Shown here piece after piece: positions 37,449-50,573 of a stretch of DNA of 64,000 nt. The notes under the pieces were generated by a model, which was not told where the DNA came from, did not search any database, and was given only the letters and a program-made list of their open reading frames with translations. A program made the position numbers and the translations under genes. Each line of letters begins with the position of its first letter. Positions within the stretch are counted from its first letter, which is position 1. The DNA is from Macrostomum lignano (lineage: Eukaryota): contig NIVC01001216.1 of assembly GCA_002269645.1 (NCBI GenBank), forward strand, positions 248,001 through 312,000. Reading direction: 5' to 3'.

Positions 37449-38885
37449 ATGCGTCAACTACAGTGTACAATGTGCATCAACTACAGTGTACAATATGCAT
37501 CAACTACAGTGTACAATATGCATCAACTACAGTGTACAATATGCATCAACTACAGTGTGCAATATGCATCAACTACAGTGTACAATATGCATCAACTACA
37601 GTGTACAATATGCATCAACTACAGTGTGCAATATGCATCAACTACAGTGTACAATATGCATCAACTACAGTGTGCAATATGCATCAACTACAGTGTACAA
37701 TATTCATCAACTACAGTGCGCAATATGCATCAACTACAGTGTACAATATGCATCAAATTACAGTGTACAATATGCATCAACTACAGTGTGCAATATTCAT
37801 CAACTACAGTGTACAATATGCATCAAATTACAGTGTACAATATGCATCAACTACAGTGTACAATATGCATCAACTACAGTGTACAATATTCATCAACTAC
37901 AGTGTACAATATGCATCAACTACAGTGTACAATATGCATCAACTACAGTGTACAATATTCATCAACTACAGTGTACAATATGCATCAACTACAGTTTACA
38001 ATATGCATCGACTACAGTGTACAATATGCATCAACTACAGTGTACAATATGCATCAACTACAGTGTACAATATGCATCAACTACAGTGTACAATATGCAT
38101 CAAATTACAGTGTACAATATGCATCAACTACAGTGTACAATATGCATCAACTACAGTGTACAATATTCATCAACTACAGTGTACAATATGCATCAACTAC
38201 AGTGTACAATATGCATCAACTACAGTGTACAATATGCATCAAATTACAGTGTACAATATGCATCAACTACAGTGTACAATATGCATCAACTACAGTGTAC
38301 AATATGCATCAACTACAGTGTACAATATGCATCAACTACAGTGTACAATATTCATCAACTACAGTGTACAATATGCATCAACTACAGTGTGCAATATTCA
38401 TCAACTACAGTGTACAATATGCATCAAATTACAGTGTACAATATGCATCAACTACAGTGTACAATATGCATCAACTACAGTGTACAATATTCATCAACTA
38501 CAGTGTACAATATGCATCAACTACAGTGTACAATATGCATCAACTACAGTGTACAATATTCATCAACTACAGTGTACAATATGCATCAACTACAGTGTAC
38601 AATATGCATCGACTACAGTGTACAATATGCATCAACTACAGTGTACAATATGCATCGACTACAGTGTACAATATGCATCAACTACAGTGTACAATATGCA
38701 TCAACTACAGTGTACAATATGCATCAACTACAGTGTACAATATTCATCAACTACAGTGTACAATATTCATCAACTACAGTGTACAATATGCATCAACTAC
38801 AGTGTACAATATTCATCAACTACAGTGTACAATATGCATCAACTACAGTGTACAATATGCATCAACTACAGTGTACAATATGCAT
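37449..38885. repeat. 23-bp AT-rich minisatellite (ATGCATCAACTACAGTGTACAAT), ~62 copies
   Basis: Stop-free unit gives three false ~480-aa ORFs. Confidence 0.97.
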
Positions 38886-39392
38886 AAAATGATCATTTCT
38901 TGTAATAAAAAGATTGTACGGATATTTAATGACTAGAAATCCTCCCTGCTTATATACTTGGTACATACACCAGTAAGTAGACACAGTTAACAGAGCCAGC
39001 ATAAACAAGGTTGCTTTGAGTTGAGCTCAATTATTTACGAATAGAACCACACCTGATGCCTGCTATGGGAAATCGCGCCTGGCTTAGGAGGCGATTTTCT
39101 CTGTTTCGGGTGTTTTGCCGCATTTGCAGGATGCTGTGATCAGACAGCTGCCAGCTGAAAGTGACGACTTTTTAGCGAACTAATTTAGTTTCTTTAGAAT
39201 GACAACCGGTGTTGGTGATGGAGTGCCTGCTCCTATGCAGTCTTTATTGATAGCTCGTACTAATATTGCCTTCCACTTGAGGCATGGTGATGCTGAGGCG
39301 AAAAACAAAGGTCACTGGGAAAATAGAGTAGAAATGTAGGTGAGGTAGAGAGGTAACTAAATGTACGTGATGGTAGATTGGGGTGGAGAGTG

Positions 39393-40178
39393 GAGTAGCA
39401 GGGTAGCAGGGTAGCAGGGTAGCAGGGTAGCAGGGTAGCAGGGTAGCAGGGTAGCAGGGTAGCTGGGGTAACAGGGTAGCAGGGTAGCAGGGTAGCAGGG
39501 TAGCAGGGTAGCAGGGTAGCAGGGTAGCAGGGTAGCTGGTGTAGCAGGGTAGCAGGGTAGCAGGGTAGCTGGGGTAGCAGGGTAGCTGGGGTAGCAGGGT
39601 AGCTGGGGTAGCAGGGTAGCTGGGGTAGCAGGGTAGCTGGGGTAGCAGGGTAGCAGGGTAGCAGGGTAGCTGGGGTAGCAGGGTAGCAGGGTAGCAGGGT
39701 AGCAGGGTAGCAGGGTAGCAGGGTAGCAGGGTAGCTGGGGTAGCAGGGTAGCAGGGTAGCAGGGTAGCTGGGGTAGCAGGGTAGCAGGGTAGCAGGGTAG
39801 CTGGGGTAGCAGGGTAGCAGGGTAGCAGGGTAGCTGGGGTAGCAGGGTAGCAGGGTAGCAGGGTAGCAGGGTAGCAGGGTAGCAGGGTAGCAGGGTAGCA
39901 GGGTAGCGGGGTAGCAGGGTAGCAGGGTAGCAGGGTAGCTGGGGTAGCAGGGTAGCAGGGTAGCAGGGTAGCTGGGGTAGCAGGGTAGCAGGGTAGCAGG
40001 GTAGCTGGGGTAGCAGGGTAGCAGGGTAGCAGGGTAGCTGGGGTAGCAGGGTAGCAGGGTAGCAGGGTAGCTGGGGTAGCAGGGTAGCAGGGTAGCAGGG
40101 TAGCAGGGTAGCAGGGTAGCGGGGTAGCAGGGTAGCGGGGTAGCAGGGTAGCAGGGTAGCAGGGTAGCAGGGTAGCTG
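39393..40178. repeat. (AGGGTAGC)n 8-bp repeat with GGGGTAGCT variants
   Basis: About 95 copies, each with a G3 or G4 run. Confidence 0.97.
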
Positions 40179-40524
40179 CATTTACCGCATTTTGTCTTCT
40201 AATGGTTTTCACTCGGTAGAAAGGCCCTTAAAAGCGTTAGCATTAATTTTTTTTCTGAAAATTTCCGCCATCACCATTAACTACATGTAAAGCCACTGCT
40301 CGTGTATTCCCAACAGGATTTCAATAACGTTTTCTTTCATTTTGACTACTTTACGAAATATTACACAGGTAGGAAATTGGAATCGTCGCGATGGAATCGA
40401 TTGGAAATTTTAATTGATTTTTTTCAATATCCCTCAGTCACAACCTTTACGTGAAAAAAATTCAATTTCCAGTCAATAAAATAAATACAATAAAATGTTT
40501 TTATGCTGAAGCTGTACCTAGGCA

Positions 40525-41226
40525 TGGATACTTCATGGGTACTTCATGGGTACTTCATGGGTACTTCATGGGTACTTCATGGATACTTCATGGGTACTTC
40601 ATGGGTACTTCATGGGTACTTCATGGGTACTTCATGGATACTTTCATGCTCATGGTTACTTCATGCTCATGGGTACTTCATGCTCATTGGTACTTCATGC
40701 TCATGGGTACTTCATGCTCATGGGTACTTCATGCTCATGGGTACTTCATGGTCATGGGTACTTCATGCTCATTGGTACTTCATGCTCATGGGTACTTCAT
40801 GCTCATGGGTACTTCATGCTCATGGGTACTTCATGCTCATGGGTACTTCATGCTCATGGGTACTTCATGCTCATGGGTACTTCATGCTCATGGGTACTTC
40901 ATGCTCATGGGTACTTCATGCTCATGGGTACTTCATGCTCATGGGTACTTCATGCTCATGGGTACTTCATGCTCATGGGTACTTCATGCTCATGGGTACT
41001 TCATGCTCATGGGTACTTCATGCTCATGGGTACTTCATGCTCATGGGTACTTCATGCTCATGGGTACTTCATGCTCATGGGTACTTCATGCTCATGGGTA
41101 CTTCATGCTCATGGGTACTTCATGCTCATGGGTACTTCATGCTCATGGGTACTTCATGCTCATGGGTACTTCATGCTCATGGGTACTTCATGCTCATGGG
41201 TACTTCATGCTCATGGGTACTTCATT
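40525..41226. repeat. Compound minisatellite: 11-bp (CATGGGTACTT)n then 17-bp (CATGGGTACTTCATGCT)n
   Basis: Unit length switches at ~40640. Confidence 0.95.
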
Positions 41227-44200
41227 CTCTTCGTCAGATATACCTGCACATCTGCACACTGGCACCTGTACACTGCATGAGTGAAATGTGTTTGAGTAAA
41301 TCGAATGAGCATTCATTCCTGTAGTTAAGCAGTCAATATTGAACTTTGAATAGCAGTTCACGCTTTTTGCGAAGCCTTTCAACTGACATAGTTAGTCTCA
41401 GTCAAGCGTAAAGAGGGTGATTCTCCTTGAAGAATCAGCTATAGTTCGCTGCAATACCGATAACGCAGGCTGTTTAATTATAGCCATAGCTATTAGCATC
41501 AGGGCAGGCTGACGCAACAGCTTGCAATTAAAGCGAAACCTTTTTAATGCGCGGAAACTAGCAATATATTTTATGAAGCCTTCGAATCTTTGTGATTTTT
41601 GACTATAGTTGCTCGAGTACTCGTACTTGAAATCAGACAGCGAGAGAGAGAACGGTGAAGAGAGAAGAGAGAACGCTCCAAGTTAAAGCCCTCTACACTG
41701 TCGGAGTAGGCTGATTGGTAATCGGTGTAAAAGCACACACAGAGTCTCGAAGCGAAAGCCTAACGAACACTGTTTTATGAAGGACTGCTAGCTTTTAGCT
41801 TTTAAAAGAAATGCATTTAGCGGCCGTCTCCGAGAGTCGAAGGCCCAGAAAACCCTGAGGGGTTTGGGCCACAGACACTAGCTGTTGCTGCTAAAGCTTA
41901 AGAGCAGCTGAAACTACAGTCTATGGTCTTAATCCCGGGGTTTTCGCGCTGCGGCCAGGCGGCTAGTGGCCTATCTAGGAGTTTATAGAATCTGTGGCTA
42001 AGCCTGGTTGTGCCATAGACAAAATCATTTTGGGTGCTCCAGCGAGCTGATCCCTTCCCTGCAAGCTCCTTGCAAGCCATAGAAATATATCGAAACTCAT
42101 TTATTTTCAGTCGCATTAAACTGATTCGAAAATGAATGGAGAGTAAATTGATTTAATTTGTTCATGTCTGTTGAACGCCTGTTTATGTACATGTACCGCG
42201 ACATTTCGACAGTTTTCTAAATTGTCTAGGCATTTCTACGAGCGTAAAAGGTAAAGTTAGCGTTTACTGGAGAGTTATTTGAAGGTTTCATCTAGATCTT
42301 TCTTCACTGATTTGTTAAACTATATTGTTCTCTTTGATATAGAACACCAATGAACTATACCGGGTGGCGCTCACGAAAGCGCACAAGCACACGATCGCTT
42401 CCGGCCGCTACGCGCGTTCCGCCATCTCCACTTGCAGCCCACGAAGCCATCGATGCCCACCCCACTTCTTCAATGAGGTGACGTCAGTCGGATAGAGCAA
42501 GCCCTCTCTGTGTTCACGTGTCACACGCGTCATGACGTCCTTTTATTAGGGATTAAATTGTTGTGATTGTTCACCCGCATTCATCAAACTTTTAAATTAA
42601 ATTTAATTTAAATATCGCCGTAATAATACTCTGAGAAAAAATCAGCGCCTTTTAAATCGAAACCTTACGTGTAACGTCGAATTAAATAATTATACAACAG
42701 CTGCATGGCGTTCGGGATGGACTGAGCGCTGTCGTATTGCATTAGTGATTGATAATTGTGGAGGGCCTGGACTAATGCGCTTCTTGGTGCATTAATAATA
42801 ATGGTTGATTCAAAATGGCGTTGCCAGTCATACACTAGTAGATAGTTAATTATCAGGCAAGTAGTGCATAATTTAAGGGGCCCCTTTCATTGAAAATTAT
42901 TAACATTTAATCCGTTATCTTCTATTCGAACTAGCATGTAATGACTAGATTTGTAGGGGGCGTTTGACAATCACGAAATTCACATCGTCAAAAGAGAATG
43001 TTTTACAAGATGGAAACTTTATTAGGTCGAAATGTTCGAAACTTCCTCAAGCTCGAAACATCAAATCGTCGAAAGGTCTTAATTGGTCTCCTTCATAACC
43101 TCGAAGCTCTATTGAAGTTTCGACGTTTATATAAAGTTAGTCTCTGCGATGATGTGAAATTTCGAGCTTTTGATAGCGACGCTTCTATCAATACAATGCA
43201 TTGTCAATCCAGTGTTCGCATACAGAAGTTACATGTATTTACACGAGTCGGCCGAATGTTGAGAGGATCAATTCCGAGGATTTAGGCTGGTGTAAATAAA
43301 AAACATCTGATATTGAGAAAATCACGAAGCAAGTAAGATCGCTTTTGGGCTTCTCTTTTGACATCAAAGGAACCTTGGACAAAGTTAAATTTGGTGATCC
43401 TTCAAAGACGCTATTTTACAGAGTGTGATGAATTCGGCCTTCATAAGCCATAATACCAAAGAGGCTTGTCGGGTCTCATAGCAAAGAAATCATTTATCCG
43501 CTTAATACTCCGGCTTTCCAGACCCGTCAGATTGGCCCCAAGGTGGAAATCAGCTAGTAGGGAGATGTTGTTAATCCAACCGCGGCCCCGTGTCAACCTG
43601 CCAACAGCTTCTTGATCATGCATTTTGACCATGCCGAGGACGCGTACAGTACAGCTGAGGATAATTTTTGCCGACGGGTTCTTTGCAAGGCGATCAGAGG
43701 GTCCAGCTAGGGATTGTAGTACATTATCAATTTTTACATGAAATCTTCTGGCCCTCATCTTCAGCTGACAGTATCTGCTCATCTGAGCTCGGATCGCGAA
43801 TCAAAGAAAGATTTTAACAAAATATATCAGATCAAAATTTGCCTGATCGAGCTTGCATCTACAGCTAATTATTAGAGCTATATTAAACGCTGGATTTTTG
43901 CCTCGAACTGTTCAGCTCATGAAAACAAGTAAGCAAAGTGCAAAGTAGATTGTATAGTATGTTTAGGAGTTTAATATAGTGGCCAAAACACGAGTACGCG
44001 CAATAATAGCCAGTGCGTGTTCAAATTATGTTTGTGCATTTAAAGCTTATTACACTCGTATTTTGCGGAAACGAGAGATTACGGAAACAATTTTCTCATA
44101 AATATCTTTGAGCAAATATGTACCGTATTCAAGATTTTTGTCTCAGAAAACAGCAAATTTGAAAGACTAATTAGTAAGTACCATATTTGAATAGCAATAA

Positions 44201-45369
44201 ATAAACCGTAAGTTTCGTGTTATAACAAAATATATAATATTTAAAGCTAAAGCTTGACAAAAATAAAAATGCTAAGCTTTATGACTTTATAGAAATATTC
44301 TTTATTTTATTTAAAGTTACTAAAACAATAAAATACAAATTAATAAACTGTATGGTGTGTCTGTTTCAGTTTCCTTAAAAATTAGTATTTTTCTAAAATA
44401 TTCATTGAACAGCTTCGACACCTGGTGTATCTTTTCGTTGTCGATAGTTGCGACATGTTTGTTAATCGAATATTTTAGGTTTTTTGCATTATCGCCAACT
44501 TTGTATACATTTTCGACGGAATTACTGGCATATTGTAAAAGAAATATTTACTTTACTTTTCCCTTGCATTAGGCTCAGATTTTAAGAAGTCTGAGAGGAT
44601 AAGCTTATGCCAGACTTAGTCTTAGGAAAACACAGAAAATGCACATTTTTAATAATAAATTCTATTTCTAATTTAAAATATCGTACATAAACATGTAAAA
44701 CTATATAAATTAATAACAAAAAAGTAGCTGCAGTGTGTTAAATATTATGCTGTCTTGGTGATAAATATGTAAAAAAATATTTTTTGAATTGTTAACAGTC
44801 AACCCAATTGCTAGTCAATTCTAGAAATCTTTTGCTTATTATAGCTTTATTATTAAAAACATTCTTTTCATCATTTTCTAGTATTACATTATATATAATG
44901 CCTTGTTATATTTTACTTTATATTTACTCATGTTACTAGGTTGCCAATTTAACAAAAATCAAAGTACTTAAACCCTGAAACTACTTGCTTTGGCTTTTGT
45001 AGTAGCTTGTTGCATTTGATTAAAATAAGTCATCCTAGGCATTATTCTTTTTTTAAACCTTAAATGGAACTTATATATACAAATAAAATACTATATATTA
45101 CAGACATTTTACCTATTTAAATGCAGTTTCGTCTGCTTAGATTTGTTTAAAATATTTCCAAGTGAAGCTTACGGCATTTAAATAAATTTAGATTGGAACA
45201 AAGCATTTTTATCAAAAACTATTTTACTAAAACAAATAATTTCAGAAAAAAATTGTTCAAATCAGTAAACTAAATTTTTCCTACTATTAGAATCGCCACT
45301 AATCTTGAGCAGAAATCGAAGCGAAATCGGCTAATTTGGGACACGGAAAAACCAGTATAATGCAATGTC

Positions 45370-45383
45370 ATCGTCATGGTAAC
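45370..45383 (+). promoter_or_regulatory. Candidate RFX X-box upstream of TOGARAM1
   Basis: ATCGTCATGGTAAC vs consensus GTTGCCATGGCAAC; all differences are transitions (R/Y-conserving); 35 bp before the ATG of a ciliary gene. Confidence 0.55.
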
Positions 45384-45418
45384 TAACAGCAGCCAAGTCA
45401 GATTTCCCATAGCTCGGC

Positions 45419-45831
45419 ATGGCTAGTCAAGTCGCTTTCAATTCGCCGGCCTACTCAGCAATGTCCGCCTCGTCTTCATCGTCTGCCTCTGGCGGCTCGG
45501 CCACCCTGGCCAGCCTCGGGGCGGGCAGTCAGGAGGAAACCGAGCGGCTCCTCCGTCACGTGACCGAAGACGCCGGCCTGCGCAAGGAGGCTCTGGACGC
45601 GCTGATCCGAGCGGCAAGGCGGGGCAGCGGCCGACTGTCGCTGCGGAGTCCCCTCGGCCTGTTCCAGCCGGTCAGCCTGGCGCTGCGCGACCCGGACTGG
45701 GAGGTTCGCAACAAGGCGATTAACCTGCTGGTTGAGGTGACGCCCAGGTTTGGCCAGCAGTTAAGCGAAGGCATGGCCGAGGTTCTGCCGGGGCTCGTGG
45801 CCTGCCTTGCTGATATCAAAGTGGCCAACAG
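45419..45831 (+). CDS. TOGARAM1: TOGARAM1/crescerin (FAM179B, CHE-12-like), exon 1 (TOG1)
   Basis: HEAT-like ALRDPDWEVRNKAINLL...VLPGLVACLADIKVANR; donor ag|GTGAGT, phase 2. Confidence 0.8.
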
Positions 45832-45982
45832 GTGAGTACAGGGTTGCGTATTTAGCTGTATTTATGTAACTTTCATGCACTCTCAGTGCTCAAGTGCTCA
45901 AGCTTTGGCGCCTTTTTTACAGTAGCTGTGTACACCCCTTTCACAGTTAGCTTTGTAGCGCACCTTCCCCTCAAATGCAATG

Positions 45983-46812
45983 GCGCCTCTGCTGCTGGCG
46001 CCTCTGGTGCTGGCGCCTCTGGTGCTGGCGCCTCTGGTACTGGCGCCTCTGGTGCTGGCGCCTCTGGTGCTGGCGCCTCTGGTGCTGGCGCCTCTAATGC
46101 TGGCGCCTCTGTTGCTGGCGCCTCTGGTGCTGGCGCCTCTGGTGCTGGCGCCTCTGGTGCTGGCGCCTCTGGTGCTGGCGCCTCTTATGCTGGCGCCTCT
46201 GGTGCTGGCGCCTCTGGTGCTGGCGCCTCTGGTGCTGGCGCCTCTGGTGCTGGCGCCTCTGGTGCTGGCGCCTCTGGTGCTGGCGCCTCTTATGCTGGCG
46301 CCTCTGGTGCTGGCGCCTCTGGTGCTGGCGCCTCTAATGCTGGCGCCTCTGTTGCTGGCGCCTCTGGTGCTGTCGCCTCTGGTGCTGGCGCCTCTGGTGC
46401 TGGCGCCTCTGGTACTGGCGCCTCTGGTACTGGCGCCTCTGGTGCTGGCGCCTCTGGTGCTGGCGCCTCTGGTGCTGGCGCCTCTAATGCTGGCGCCTCT
46501 GTTGCTGGCGCCTCTGGTGCTGGCGCCTCTGGTGCTGGCGCCTCTGGTGCTGGCGCCTCTAATGCTGGCGCCTCTGTTGCTGGCGCCTCTGGTGCTGGCG
46601 CCTCTGGTGCTGGCGCCTCTGGTACTGGCGCCTCTGGTGCTGGCGCCTCTGGTGCTGGCGCCTCTGGTGCTGGCGCCTCTGGTGCTGGCGCCTCTGGTGC
46701 TGGCGCCTCTGGTGCTGGCGCCTCTGGTGCTGGCGCCTCTGGTGCTGGCGCCTCTGGTGCTGGCGCCTCTGGTGCTGGCGCCTCTGGTGCTGGCGCCTCT
46801 GGTGCTGGCGCA
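45983..46812. repeat. 15-bp intronic minisatellite (GGCGCCTCTGGTGCT), ~55 copies
   Basis: Fills TOGARAM1 intron 1; gives false GASGA/LAPLV/STRGA ORFs. Confidence 0.97.
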
Positions 46813-46893
46813 CCCCCCCCCCCAAGAAGACCTACAACCCTGCATCAAATTGCCAGCTATACAGTCCATTCCTGACCCACTACCGCACTGCAG

Positions 46894-47236
46894 ACGGGCC
46901 ACAACGCAGTGCCTGCACACCTATATGAAAACAATGGGCAGCGCCAACACTGAGCCAGTCCTTGGCGCCATCATTCGCTACGGTTTGGACGCGGCCGATC
47001 CGGAGATTCAACGAAACGTTTGCGTCTCTGTGCCGGTGCTGCTGACCCCGGATTTAGCCGGGGGAAATTTCTCCCAACTGGTTGCGGCGCTGGCAAAATG
47101 CCTCACCAGCAAGGACGAGGCCATGGCCAATGCGGCGCTGCACGCTTTGGAGGCGATTCGATCGACTCTGGGGGATCAGCTGTTTAATGGCTACCTGCAG
47201 CAGCTGAACCCGCCGCTGCGGAGATACTATTTCCAG
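46894..47236 (+). CDS. TOGARAM1: TOGARAM1 exon 2 (TOG1)
   Basis: gcactgcag|A CGG; RATTQCLHTYMK...IIRYGL...; donor CAG|GTGAAT, phase 0. Confidence 0.8.
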
Positions 47237-47349
47237 GTGAATTTTTGGTGGTGGTTTGGTTTAGACTAGGGACCGTGGATTGGTAGTTGAGCTGATTTAG
47301 GAATGGATTGGTTTATTTTAGGTTAGGTTTTGTTTAGAAAGAATAAGCC

Positions 47350-50060
47350 TGTTTAGTTTTAGGGGCGGATTGGTTTAGTTTTAGGGGCGGATTGGTTTAG
47401 TTTCAGAAGCGGATTGGTTTAGTTTTAGGGGCGGATTGGTTTAGTTTCAGGGGCGGATTGGTTTAGTTTTAGGGGCGGATTGGTTTAGTTTCAGGGGCGG
47501 ATTGGTTTAGTTTCAGGGGTGGCTTGGTTTAGTTTTAGGGGCGGATTGGTTTAGTTTCAGGGGCGGATTGGTTTAGTTTTAGAAGCGGATTGGTTTAGTT
47601 TTAGGGGCGGATGGGTTTAGTTTTAGGGGTGGATGGGTTTAGTTTCAGGGGCGGATTGGTTTAGTTTCAGGGGCGGATTGGTTTAGTTTTAGGGGCGGAT
47701 TGGTCTAGTTTCAGGGGCGGATTGGTTTAGTTTTAGGGGTGGATTGGTTTAGTTTTAGAAGCGGATTGGTTTAGTTTTAGGGGCGGATTGGTTTAGTTTT
47801 AGAAGCGGATTGGTTTAGTTTTAGGGGCGGATTGGCTTAGTTTCAGGGGCGGATTGGTTTAGTTTCAGGGGCGGATTGGTTTAATTGTAGGGGCGGATTG
47901 GTTTAGTTTCAGGGGCGGATTGGTTTAGTTTCAGGGGCGGATTGGTTTAGTTTTAGGGGCGGATTGGTTTAGTTTCAGGGGCGGATGGGTTTAGTTGTAG
48001 GGGCGGATTGGTTTAGTTTCAGGGGCGGATTGGTTTAGTTTTAGGGGCGGATTGGTTTAGTTTTAGGAGCGGATTGGTTTAGTTTTAGGAGCGGATTGGT
48101 TTAGTTTTAGAGGCGGATTGGTTTAGTTTTAGGGGCGGATTGGTCTAGTTTCAGGGGCGGATTGGTTTAGTTTCAGGGGTGGCTTGGTTTAGTTTTAGGG
48201 GCGGATTGGTTTAGTTTTAGGGGCGGATTGGTTTAGTTTCAGGGGCGGATTGGTTTAGTTTCAGGGGTGGCTTGGTTTAGTTTTAGGGGCGGATTGGTTT
48301 AGTTTCAGGGGCGGATTGGTTTAGTTTTAGGGGCGGATTGGTTTAGTTTTAGAAGCGGATTGGTTTAGTTTTAGGGGCGGATTGGTTTAGTTTTAGGGGC
48401 GGATTGGTTTAGTTTCAGGGGCGGATTGGTTTAGTTTCAGGGGCGGATTGGTTTAGTTTTAGGGGCGGATTGGTTTAGTTTCAGGGGCGGATTGGTTTTA
48501 GTTTCAGGGGTGGCTTGGTTTAGTTTTAGGGGCGAATTGGTTTAGTTTCAGGGGCGGATTGGTTTAGTTTTAGGGGCGGATTGGTTTAGTTTTAGAAGCG
48601 GATTGGTTTAGTTTTAGGGGCGGATGGGTTTAGTTTTAGGAGCGGATTCGTTTAGTTTTAGGGGCGGATTGGTTTAGTTTTAGAAGCGGATTGGTTTAGT
48701 TTTAGGGGCGGATTGGCTTAGTTTCAGGGGCGGATTGGTTTAGTTTCAGGGGCGGATTGGTTTAATTGTAGGGGCGGATTGGTTTAGTTTCAGGGGCGGA
48801 TTGGTTTAGTTTCAGGGGCGGATTGGTCTAGTTTCAGGGGCGGATTGGTTTAGTTTCAGGGGTGGCTTGGTTTAGTTTTAGGGGCGGATTGGTTTAGTTT
48901 CAGGGGCGGATTGGTTTAGTTTCAGGGGCGGATTGGTTTAGTTTTAGGGGCGGATTGGTTTAGTTTTAGAAGCGGATTGGTTTAGTTTTAGGGGCGGATT
49001 GGTTTAGTTTTAGGGGCGGATTGGTTTAGTTTCAGGGGCGGATTGGTTTAGTTTCAGGGGCGGATTGGTTTAGTTTTAGGGGCGGATTGGTCTAGTTTCA
49101 GGGGCGGATTGGTTTTAGTTTCAGGGGTGGCTTGGTTTAGTTTTAGGGGCGAATTGGTTTAGTTTCAGGGGCGGATTGGTTTAGTTTTAGGGGCGGATTG
49201 GTTTAGTTTTAAAAGCGGATTGGTTTAGTTTTAGGGGCGGATGGGTTTAGTTTTAGGAGCGGATTCGTTTAGTTTTAGGGGCGGATTGGTTTAGTTTTAG
49301 AAGCGGATTGGTTTAGTTTTAGGGGCGGATTGGCTTAGTTTCAGGGGCGGATTGGTTTAGTTTCAGGGGCGGATTGGTTTAATTGTAGGGGCGGATTGGT
49401 TTAGTTTCAGGGGCGGATTGGTTTAGTTTCAGGGGCGGATTGGTCTAGTTTCAGGGGCGGATTGGTTTAGTTTCAGGGGTGGCTTGGTTTAGTTTTAGGG
49501 GCGGATTGGTTTAGTTTCAGGGGCGGATTGGTTTAGTTTCAGGGGCGGATTGGTTTAGTTTCAGGGGCGGATTGGTTTAATTGTAGGGGCGGATTGGTTT
49601 AGTTTTAGGGGCGGATTGGTTTAGTTTCAGGGGCGGATTGGTTTAGTTTTAGAAGCGGATTGGTTTAGTTTTAGGGGCGGATGGGTTTAGTTTTAGGAGC
49701 GGATTCGTTTAGTTTTAGGGGCGGATTGGTTTAGTTTTAGAAGCGGATTGGTTTAGTTTTAGGGGCGGATTGGCTTAGTTTCAGGGGCGGATTGGTTTAG
49801 TTTCAGGGGCGGATTGGTTTAATTGTAGGGGCGGATTGGTTTAGTTTCAGGGGCGGATTGGTTTAGTTTTAGGGGCGGATTGGTTTAGTTTTAGAAGCGG
49901 ATTGGTTTAGTTTTAGGGGCGGATTGGTTTAGTTTTAGGGGCGGATGGGTTTAGTTTCAGGGGCGGATTGGTTTAGTTTCAGGGGCGGATGGGTTTAGTT
50001 TCAGGGGCGGATTGGTTTAATTGTAGGGGCGGATTGGTTTAGTTTTAAGGTTTAGGGTTT
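47350..50060. repeat. 22-bp intronic minisatellite (GGATTGGTTTAGTTTYAGGGGC), ~120 copies, with higher-order duplications
   Basis: Period 22; rare variants recur at 617-bp spacing (48531/49148 and 48641/49258). Confidence 0.97.
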
Positions 50061-50573
50061 AGTTTTAGCATACCAGTTCAGCCTAGCGCACTCATACTCA
50101 TGCACTCATACTCTCGAGTGCTCTTTGTCTAGCAACTACGAGTAATTCATCGAAATTTCGTTAGTGAAAACAGAAAATTTCTCTTTGCCTCATCATGTTT
50201 GTCTGTGCCGAACGCCGGCGTTTGTTAAACAAACTGAAGGTCTCGTAAACGGAGTGACACTTTAGCAAGCTGTAGCTAGGGGGGGGGGACTTTCCCTCCC
50301 CTCTCTTACCTGTGCGCAGGCAGCAATGCCTGGGGAGACGGTGAGTGAAAGGAGAGAAAAGTTGAGACGCGATAAAAAATAACAGCAGAAATTACTGAAC
50401 CAAAAGATTATAAAAGCAAGTGTGCGCGCAAACTGTATATCTGTAGCGACTTAGTGCGTGGGTTGGAGAGTTGTATTTAAAGCGATGCTCTGATAGACTT
50501 TACATTCAGGCATAGCTGAAAACATACAGAAAAACAGTCATCTTACTGCCCCAATTTTGAACTATTTTACAAG

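Noticed and set aside
45980-47269. ATG-initiated 429-aa ORF running from the 15-bp array into TOGARAM1 exon 2
   Set aside because: Exon 1 joins the acceptor at 46894 in the correct phase; the upstream part is pure repeat.
50286-50295. Perfect NF-kB site GGGACTTTCC
   Set aside because: A single 10-mer at the end of a poly-G run; no supporting context.
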